From Podarcis liolepis (Eukaryota): a stretch of 64,000 bases of DNA. Positions within the stretch are counted from its first letter, which is position 1, and every line of letters begins with the position of its first letter. The translations under genes and the position numbers were made by a program. Below are positions 32,346 through 42,100 of the stretch, in pieces. The stretch is from assembly GCA_965112155.1 (NCBI GenBank), contig OZ218103.1; one strand, written 5' to 3'. The notes under the pieces are model-generated. The model worked only from the letters and a program-made list of their open reading frames with translations, was not told the origin of the DNA and made no database searches.

Positions 32346-35300
32346 CTGTGGAGAGACATGTCCATGCATTAGAGTCTGCCATTGTTTGCAGAAGTCTCAT
32401 CATGAATCTTAGAAGCAGAAAGGGCAAGCAGTTTAAGAGTACATGTGTAGGTGGGGGCAACCCAGCCAGATGGGCGGGGTATAAATAATAAAATTATTAT
32501 TATAATTACTCCAGCCTTGCACCCCTATCCTCTACTGGGAGCTCATCTCATGCACAGGTTCTGTGCTAGATGCTGCTTTTGTACCAGGAGGACATTCTTC
32601 ATTTTGGGGGGAGCCCCTCTTCTAACACTAGGGCTAAACACCTGCCAAATCCTTCAAGATGAGGTGGGGGCTACCAGGTGTCCCCCCATCATTTCTAAGC
32701 AGGAAGCTTCCTGTTCAGTTAAGCAAGCTTGTGTCTGGTCAGCTTGGCTCAATTCCTCTCACTTCCCTGCTCCATTAGGACAGGGGCCCTGAACAGCGAG
32801 GGAGACAAAATTCTCTTCCCCTTCTGGACAGCTTGAAGTGGAACATTTGTCCCTTGCTGTGAAGGTGTGTCTTTCTCACCATCCGCACAGGTGGGGCAGC
32901 AGTGGCCCTTCTCGTAGACTGGATTGACGCAGGGCGGAGGGGCGCAGTCAGCCACTAGGCAACGAGCGATGCCATCTAGGTCACAGGTACACTGCTCACA
33001 CTCTGAGGGCTGTGAGAGACAAATATTGGTCAATAGAGCAAGGCAGCTTTACGTGGACAGCACACGGTTATGAAGATGATGATGCAGCACCTCCAGAACT
33101 ATTTTGCATCAGTGGTGCAGAAGCTTATTCTTTTCTGAGAATTGCATTCCCTTGGGAATCTGTTCAGAATTGCATGCCAGTGGTGTGCTGGTCCAGAGTC
33201 AAAGTGGGTAGGGCACCTCCTCTGCTACCCTGTTTCCCTCCCCCTTTTCCTCCTAATAAAATTAGGCTGAGAGAAATAGGTTACCCATCCATCCCACACC
33301 ACCATGTTACAGAATTGACTGGATTTTGCAGTTCCAGAATGAATTAGTCATGTCTTCTGTCTGTAACTTGCAAAAAGAGATATGCGTATGTAAGCAGGTG
33401 GAAAACTCATGCCTCAGATACTTAATTGGATTAGGCTCCTGGCTGCATCTTTGCTTACCTGTATCTGTGCTTTAAGTATCAGGGGAAGGAGTGATCACAA
33501 AAGAAATATAAGGCCCATCATCTTCCTTTTTTTGTAATGTGTGAAGAAGCATTCCAAACTGAATTGCATAGCCATGGCAGTACTGGAATTATACCATCAG
33601 ATGGCACTATCAACCAAGAATTGATAGATAATGAGGGAGAAAGAGCTTCTGTCCCAATCTCCCTTCACTTTGTGTATCTTGTCAGCTCTGGCCAACTCAA
33701 GATTACTCTCAAATAATCATGCGGCTGGTCACTGGGGAAACTGACTGGTCATAAAATGTTGAATAGAGAAAACTCTGAGTGAGTGAGAGATTGTCCCCAG
33801 TAGCGCAGAACCATCAGGGATCCCAATATGCTAAAAAGGCCCATGAATGTGTTTTGGAACCCATTACCCAATCAAGCTCCTCCTTAAAATATCCAGCAAA
33901 GGAGACTGAAGTCATTTTCAGCACCTCACCTCTCATTCACCTTCTCACTTGCAAAACATGAGGCTAATTCTAGCCAAGCCACATGCTTTTGTTCTCTGCC
34001 CTAAGGGGAAAGTTCCAAGATTCTACCTTCTGTCAAATTCCCTCCCTCCTGAACTAATAGGTTGGTTGTCTGATTTCACACCTTCAGGGTGGGTGATGAT
34101 AAAGACTGGTCTCCACTGAAGTTCAAGTGGTTGCAGATAAAAACATTGGTCACTTGCTCTAGATCACTCGTCACAATACTTTAAAATAACAATGATGGAA
34201 GATGACATCAACATTTAACACCAAAAATCACATCTTAATGATATAATTGTCCATGATCATCTTTATAACTCCAGGGAAGGAGATTGCACAACTTCACTGG
34301 CAAGTTGATATCTTGTTCGTACTACAAACCTACAGTACAAAGGAAAGTGTTTACCCTTCCTAATGACAGAACTTTTCTCTCGCTAGATCTATAGCACATG
34401 TCTTGCTTGTAAGCAAATGCAAGATAACTTAGTTCCAGGAAGTGTTGGGAAGCAGCCCTATATTACTGTATCTACAACCCAGATGTTATGGACCTAGAGC
34501 AAAATCTGGCAATCCCTAGTAAAGAACTGAGAAGCTTTGGCTGAGCAAAGTATTTTAGGGCAAGTTAGGCCCCAGCTGAATGGTTCTGGATAATCAAAAG
34601 CTTGCTTGCTATTTTATGATATTTTGGTTGGCCATAATAAAGTTATTATTTGGGGGGAAAATATGGCTCAATATGGCTTTGCAGAAAGCATTTACCGTAT
34701 TTTTCGCTCTATAGGACGCACTTCCCCCCTTCAAATATGAAGGGGAAATGTGTGTGCGTACTATGGAGCGAAGACGCCATAGCCCCGCGACCCTCTCCCG
34801 GCTGGTAGGAGCCTCTTTAGGAGCCTCTTCAGCCGCGACCCTCTCTGGGCTGGAGAGGTGGCGCGCGACGATGGCAGGAGAGCGCGTGCGGGGCTAAAGA
34901 AGCCATAGAAGCTTTCTGCTGCTCCCCGACTTCTTTGGGGCTGGTGGTGGGCTTCCCCCCGCCAGCCCCAAAGAGCAGGTTGAAAGGAACCTGAAGCCTG
35001 GAGAGCGAGAGGGGTCAGTGCGCACCAACCCCTCTCGCTCTCCAGGCTTCCAAGGTAGCCGCCTGAACGCAACTTAAACGGCACCTTGTTTTAGAGGGGG
35101 GAAACAAGAGGGGAAAAATTCTCTCCCTCTCTGCGCAGTGCCTCCTACCGCTTCGCTGATGGGGCGCTGGGCAGAGAGGGGGAGATTTTTTTTTTCTTGT
35201 TCTCCCCCCTCTAAAACAAGGTGCGTCCTATTGTCTGGTGCGTCCTATGGTGCGAAAAGTATGGTACTTTCTGTGTACCTTTCAACAGAATTTTGTGTTT

Positions 35301-36545
35301 GGGTAAGTGGGACAGGCCAAGAGATAAGTCATCACACAATAATTTGATGTTTAGGTAACGGACAATTCACCTAGGAAGAACCCCACTGCCCATTCTTTGA
35401 CTATATGTAGCAACTGGTCCTTTCTTCATCAATACACTTATTTTTTGCAAACACTCAATTCATGCTATCCAAAGAGGCATGGAGCCCAGGAATGGAGGGC
35501 TTTGATCTTCCACCTGCAGCCTCAGGGCTAGAATTTGACTCCCTTCGGCTAGTGCAGGCTTAGTGCCAAAAATACTCCTTTTCCCACCCACCCTCAATTG
35601 TCCAAGTCAGCCATGCTAGAGATTGTTTGGTCTGACTCAAGTCCTAAAATAAACTACACACATTTTTGGCAGCAACAGACAATAGCCAGAAGCAAGGTGC
35701 TGAACTGGTCAATGTCAGGCCTAAGAAATGGATGAAAATGCAATTCAGTTAGTCAAAGGATGCTCAGCTAGGTACTACAGCCAATAAAATTGCCTTCTGA
35801 ATTATCAAAAAGCTTTGGTTTTATGGGACCATCTTAAGAGCACCTCCAGCTTCATAGAGCACTTTTGATTTGGTGCTTCTCACCCACTTTGGAAAAGTTT
35901 TGTTTGTATTTTCTTTTGCTTCAGCCAGTAATGAACAAACCATAAAGAGATAGCCATTCCTGCTTCCAGTCTCTTACTCTCCTGCCTAGGCCTCCCTTTC
36001 AGAACAAGATTTAAGAAACAGAAGTGACCGCTTGCGATTCTTAGACAGTGCCTTTTTCAAGAGCATTCGCTTTTTCTCCTGCTTTTGAATATCCTCACTT
36101 TGCCCATCCATCACCTATCCATCCCTGCCCACCTCGCTCTAGATTCCTTCTCATGCCATCCCCACTATGCCTAATTCTCCCGTAAATGCCTTACCTGGAA
36201 ATGCTGCCCCAGCTCATACACTTGTCCACGGTGCTCACAGCCAACCCTTTCGCAGCGTGGGCAGCAGTCGCTGGGGTAGTGGCTGACGTGAATGCAGGCA
36301 GGTGGCAGAGCGGTGCAGTCTGTGCGGGCGCAGGCGGGCCCCTCCGCTGTGCACTCGCACTGGGTGCAGTGGTCACTGTCCAGGAAATACCACTCCCCAA
36401 CGTAGTACAGGCTCCCGTTGGCATCGCACGTGGTCACTGGCCCTGCCAGTCCTGGGATGGGCACCAGAGTCAGCAGCAGCAGTGCTAAGCTCAGCTGTGC
36501 CAACGGAAAGGGCATCGCTGAACTCGAGGGACAGATGCCGGGCAT
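32161..36545 (-). CDS. Secreted von Willebrand factor C domain protein of the Brorin (VWC2/VWC2L) family, divergent paralogue (221 aa from ATG 36545; 211 aa from ATG 36515)
   Basis: Exons 36545-36195, 33009-32880, 32345-32161, all GT-AG and in frame (666 nt). Signal peptide, two 10-Cys VWC domains ending CCPRC and CCPTC, and a C-terminal GPNC...VIPAG...C..C.C tail. Confidence 0.9.
32880..33009 (-). CDS. VWC2-like gene coding exon 2 (130 nt)
   Basis: cag|PSECEQCTCDLDGIARCLVADCAPPPCVNPVYEKGHCCPTCAD(G)|gtgag. Confidence 0.9.
34695..35264. mobile_element. Non-autonomous Tc1/mariner (pogo/Tigger-like) element in intron 1 of the VWC2-like gene
   Basis: Imperfect TIRs CCGTATTTTTCGCTCTATAGGACGCAC / GTGCGTCCTATGGTGCGAAAAGTATGG, flanked by TA dinucleotides. 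Confidence 0.75.
36195..36545 (-). CDS. VWC2-like gene coding exon 1 (signal peptide, VWC1, start of VWC2)
   Basis: MPFPLAQLSLALLLLTLVPIPGLAGPVTTCDANGSLYYVGEWYFLDSDHCTQCECTAEGPACARTDC...CCPRCERVGCEHRGQVYELGQHFQ|gtaag. Confidence 0.9.
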
Positions 36546-36549
36546 GGGA

Positions 36550-37500
36550 GTTGGCGAGAGGGAGGAGCAGAGCAGCAGCAGCAGCAGTAGGGAAGCGAAG
36601 CGGAGGAGAGCTGGCGGGGAAAGTGGGCATCCAGTCCGCCCCAACGCCGCCCGCGGGGTCCCGCCGGGAGGTTGCCTGCTGAAGCTGCGGCTAAGAACCG
36701 CCCTGGCGTGCCTCGGCCTTTGTGCAGCCGCCGCCCGGCCCGGCCCGCCCCTTCTTGCAACCCGAGCCCGCCCAGGGGCACAGCACCCCCTCCCCAACGG
36801 AGCGGGCGGGACCGGGGCGGTGGGAGGAACCTGGCCCCCTATCTGCACCTCAGGAAAAGCCTGCTAAGACAAGTCCACTGTGCTCCCTCTCCAGACCCCT
36901 CGAACACTCATCCGGGCAGCGAAAGTTGCGTCTCCCCAGTTCCCAGTCTCCGCGGCCTCCAAAACACGCGCGGCGCTGGATCTCTCCCTCCCCCCCCCCC
37001 ATCTTAATCCTAGGAACATTAATAGGCAAAGAAAGAAGCTTCTCAATACTGTACTGTTGCCAAAGCGTAAAGCCAGTGGGACCCCTCCTGGATGAAAACT
37101 GGCCGACGTGTGGCTTCTCTTTACCTCCGATTGCTTGGGTGCAAGCGCGGGCGCGCCAAGAGCTTCAACGCGCACGCTTCCTTCCCCCGGGACGCCCGTC
37201 TCCACGCTCGACCGACATCCTGTCTGCCTCGTGGGCACGGCTCCTTTAAGAGGCGAGGCTTCAGAGGAACGCGGCGGGGCGTTACCATGGAGACGGCGAG
37301 TTTATATTCCAGAGAGTTAGAGGGTGGAGGGGGCTCGGATAGGGCAAGACGCCTGGCCCTCCGCCCCTCCGCCCGGTGTCGCAGGTGAGGGCTACCGCAG
37401 AGTTATGTCCGTGAGTCCGTAGGGAGTGAGGAAGTGTGGGGAGAGTAAAAGGTCTGGGGCGGAAGTGGGCTCGGTGGGCCGAGACCTAGGTGAGTTAAGC
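36550..37500. promoter_or_regulatory. CpG-island bidirectional promoter (VWC2-like on -, CCDC24 on +); probable non-coding CCDC24 exon 1 ending at 37489 (CTAG|GTGAGT)
   Basis: CpG-rich. X-box-like GTTACCATGGAGAC at 37281-37294, GC box and ETS site GGGGCGGAAGTG at 37456-37467, and a consensus donor at 37490. Confidence 0.7.
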
Positions 37501-38370
37501 ACTGGGGAGCAACTGTGGGGAGGGATAATGGGCAATAGGTTACATTTGGGGCTATAAACAACTACCTGACATTCAGAAGACAAACTTCAGGGAAGTTTTT
37601 AATGTGTGACATTTTAATGTATTTTTAATCTTTGTTGGAAGCCGTCCAGAGTGGCTGGGGAAACCCAGTCTGATGGGCGGGGTACAAATAAATAATAATA
37701 ATAATGATTAATAATAATTACGATTAACGGGAATTAGTGCGACTCTCGGGGTTAATGTGAGGGGATGAGTTTGATATATGGGGAGCAAGAAAAATTATAT
37801 GCTCTTATTGTCTGGTGACCCACGTGGTAGAAAGGTGAGTGCAAGTAACAGGATTTGTAGACAGTAGTGCAACTCAGGGGGAAAGTACAGAGCACCACAA
37901 AAATGGGGCCCCTCAAATGGCCATCTAGAGAGTGTCAGGTGATGGAGTCAGGAACAAACGACCTGTGGCAGCACCTGGGCTGGCATGGGCATGTTGTGGT
38001 CTATTGGCGCTGATGGTAGTCACAGCGGCATTCTTATTTTCTACAACAGTTTTAGTCAGAGGGTGGTTAGCCAGGCATGTACATGGCACTCAATTCTATT
38101 TTTTACTTTTACCTTCATCCTTGGTGCTCCCCCCCCCCATAAATGTGTTTAACATCAGGGCAGCAGAAGCAAATTCCATTGTATTCCTGTAATGCTAGTG
38201 CTATGACTTAAGTGAGTTTAGAATGTGAAATTGTACATGCTCAGAGTATTTCACAACCATTTATCTATTGTGCTAATGTATCAGGAATGTAGGAGCAGTT
38301 ATAAAACATGGGAATGGCTTACCTTACAACTGACAACTGACAAATGTAATATGTGTGGCTGTCTAATGGG

Positions 38371-38744
38371 TAAAAGGTAAAGGGACTCCTGACCATTAGG
38401 TTCAGTCATGACTGACTCTGGGGTTGCGGCGCTCATCTCGCTTTATTGGCCGAGGGAGCCGACATACAGCTGGTCATGTGGCCAGCATGACTCAGCCGCT
38501 TCTGGCGAACCAGAGCAGCGCACAGAAACGGCATTTACCTTCCCGCCAGAGCGGTACCTATTCATCTACTTGCACTTTGACTTGCTTTCAAACTGCTAGG
38601 TTGGCAGGAGCAGGGACCGAGCAATGGGAGCTCACCCTGTTGCGGGGATTCAAACCGCCGACCTTCTGATCGGCAAGTCCTAGGCTCTGTGTGATCGGCA
38701 AGTCCTAGGCTCTGTGGTTTAACCCACAGCGCCACCCACGTCCC
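38371..38744 (-). mobile_element. Sauria SINE (Squam1) with an internal 25-bp tandem duplication
   Basis: Reverse complement of the 28503 copy. Short TSD (C)TAATGGG. Duplicated tgatcggcaagtcctaggctctgtg at 38667-38716. Confidence 0.85.
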
Positions 38745-39116
38745 TAATGGGAGAGGGGTGTAAAACCATGGATGTGGCCAGGATTTTAGTTGGGGAGGGA
38801 CAAAGTTATTGAGCTTTTCTTGGGAAATCATGGGTAAAAATACCTCATAAATAGGACATTGCGGGGGGCCAGGTTTCTGTTGGGGGGGCAGAACCTCAGA
38901 TAATTGAATACTTTCAATGCCTTTCAATAATATTTGTGAATCTTGGGAGGGCAGCAGCCCATGTGTAAAACCATTAAGTTCAGTGTCTAAAATTACCTAG
39001 GTGCACCATTGCATGTGGCACCGAATAGTTGTGATGTGGAGCTTCTACTCGCTGTCTCATTGGCACAATCTTTTTTTCCTTTAAAGCCCATTATCGTGGA
39101 ATCGGATACAGCACCC

Positions 39117-42100
39117 ATGTTGCCCTTGCCTGGTACATCTGGGGAATCCTTGCAGTCCGTACCATCACTCTGGACAATGATAGAGGAACAATTAGCACCC
39201 AGTGAGAGGCTTGAGGCGAAAGCTATCTTGGGTCATGGCCTTGTGGAACGGAGCTTGGAACTTCATGCTGAGGTTAAGTACCGAAATACTGGCTCTCCTA
39301 TTCAAAATGATTCACAAAAGAGCAGAACAAACCAACCAACCAACCAACCACCCCTCTTACTACACAATTTAGAAGTGGCTGGTGACAAAGGGATATCTGA
39401 ATAAAGCATAAAATCTAGGTCTCATCAGCTAAAGAGGCAGCACTAAATTTGTAAGGGGATTTGACTGATGAAAGGGCCCGCCTTTCATGTCTATAGATTG
39501 AGTGGAGTGGACTGAGTGCTAAAATTGAGCAGCGCTAAGGGAGGGCTTATAAATTGTATTAAGCCCCCTTCCACTGAGCACTGGCCACTAGTTTTGGCAT
39601 ACATGCATTTTCATATAGAGTAGCATTCATGTGTGTATGGAAAAAACCTCTGGTTTGCCACTTACATCTGCTTTGAGTGCTGTTTAATTTCAGTGAAAGG
39701 AAAGCATATCTGAGAAGGCAATTCAAGGAGGGCATAAAATATTGCAACCCCCCCCCCCCCTGTTTGACAAGGTCCCCATTTGCCAGCTCCCAGCTCAGCT
39801 GGTTCCTAATGCTTGGCCAGAGCCCCTAATCCATGCTATTCCAGGCCCTTTGTTCTCCTCCAGCCATTCATGCCCTTTCTTTATTCAGCATGGTCCTGAC
39901 TGCAGCTGAGAAGAACAGTAAACATCCCAGACGCTTTTCACATGGTAATTGCCTTACCTCCTCCTGAAACCAGAAGAGCAAGCACAGCACACCCTGACAA
40001 GATGGCACCTTTCTCTATCACTTCTTCATGTTAGAGCTTTGCTTGAGATCCAGCCCCCCCCCATTGTGGCCAGTGACCCCCTCCCCAGCCTTTATGGGGT
40101 CTCTCACCTGGCTGTCTATTACATCTTCATCACAAGCCTGATAAATGTGGCCCAGGTACTGCCTGTCTCCCTGCTGTGTTCTTGTATGTGTCTCTGCTCC
40201 CCTCCCCAATTGGATATCTGAGAGGCCGCCCAGGGAAGCAGCTGTACCATAACGTTCCTCTTGTGGATGTGTGGGGCCAGAAAGGGAGTTCTGGCGCTCG
40301 CTTGCCTTACAAATATCCTGCAGATATTTTTGCGGCATGACCTTGACTTTCCTCATGGGAGGAGGGAGAGAATGATTGTGGGTGGGCTGTCTGCAGCTTT
40401 GCACCTTTTATGGAGTGTACAGACGGCAACAATGCAGTGCCCTCTTGCCAGCTACATTGGAATGACAGTGTCCTGGCTAGTGTTCTTATCTTCTGCAGGC
40501 AACTTTGCCCACTTTCTGCAAAAGAGTTGTTTTTTTAAAACCTAAAAACTTCACTCTTAATCCTAAAATACTCTTCACATAAACTAATAGCCTCATAGAC
40601 TGTTCCCAGTCTTTGGGCAGATGCAACGTTTTTCTGAATTTAGTGTACTCTCACACACATTTATCACATTTGAAGCATCTTTTATTTCCTTGATGCGTGA
40701 CATACTTCTGAAAAGTTGTCAGTTCCCTGACTGTGGCCTTTATGAAATGTAATTGTCTACCATCAGGTGAGTAACTAAACCATGGCTAGGTATTGATTTT
40801 TTTTCTTGCAGGCAGGCACCTGGCTTGATTTCCAGGTGTGCAGAATAGCAATACTGGGAGTGGGAGTGCAACTTGTATTTTTAGGTTGTGTCGGTGCTTC
40901 ATCATTTGGGGAGGTGGAGGGTGGGGGAAAGATTACTTTGAGAAAGTTACTGCAGTTTGTGCCAATGTGCACATGTGTGAATTTCTGCATGTGGCAATGC
41001 ACTGTCCCTAATGCAGTCCAACCCCTTCCCTATTTACAGGTGCGGACACTGTTGGAATTCCATCAGGAGTTGCAGTCAGGCCGCCTTGGAGTGGAGCAAA
41101 GCCCACTGCAAGCAGATGACAGCTGGGCCTTGCTGGCAGCTCCCCCCAACCTCAAGGAGCTGGTGAGGGAGGAGATCCGCCTTCTTCTAATTGGCCTACA
41201 GCAGAAGGCATCGCAGGAGGGCAGGTACTGGAGATTGGAAGAGAAGGGACTTGAGAGAATTAAGGGCTGAGTTAAGGGGGAGCAGGTAGTAGGGATAGAA
41301 GAAAAGCAAGCAGACTATATTAAGACCTGAAGCCTATTTGATATAAGAATGAGCCCATTAGTTTCCAACTGATGTGCCTGGTGGTATTTATGTGTGCGGA
41401 ATGGGTGAGTTTTACATCATCTTTTGGCCAAAGCAGTCTAGATTGAGGAAGCCATAACTATTTGTTACGAGAGGCTTAGAGTTTCATGGGACAAATCAGT
41501 TAGGAGGCTAGACAATAACTTGATTGTCTCTCTTAACAAGAACAGGATGGGGGAAACCTCTGATTCCACTCAGATATAAATAAGTCCAGTGCCACCTAGT
41601 GACTAAACTATATATTTACACTAGTGACACAGTATTCTTTCTCCCTTTGCCTTCTAAGGGTGACTGTTCCAGAAATGCTTACTAGGAAATATCAGCTCCA
41701 ATGCAATTTAATTGGCAGTTCCAGTATAGTTTCAACATGATTGCCACTCAGATGGCCAATGTCCAGCAAAAATAACCTGTCCCAAACACATGTTTGCACC
41801 GTACACCTCCATCTGTAACTTGCGCTCCCCATTCAAGTGCAGCTTGTCAGTTTGTGTGTCTCTCTAGTCTTTTTTATCTGTAGAATTAATTCTAGCCTTA
41901 CATTCCCATTCTTTGGGTCTCAATCATATAGCCTTTGTCATTTCCACATAGCTTCCTTACATCATGCAGGAATCACATTGCTGAGCGCCTCTATCAAGAA
42001 TGCCAGTCCTGCTAGTGCATTTGTTTTGTATGGTGTGTTCAGTCCATAGCCTGAGGCTGGGATTATGTCTCACCTCCAAGTTCAAAGTGAGCATTCATCC

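Noticed and set aside
36546-36848. Upstream in-frame extension of the VWC ORF (225-aa ORF in the track)
   Set aside because: GC-rich low-complexity sequence without an ATG start. The signal peptide begins at ATG 36545/36515, so this is treated as 5'UTR or promoter.
37287-37384. Strong-Kozak ATG plus GT donor as a coding first exon of CCDC24
   Set aside because: 98 nt plus 30 nt to ATG 39117 is out of frame, and the ATG is better explained as the centre of the X-box.
21944-38669. Three similar ORFs (21944, 28553, 38424; 'MTKPLLA...STCTLTCFRTARLAGAGTEQ') suggesting a small gene family
   Set aside because: All are antisense translations of Sauria SINE copies.
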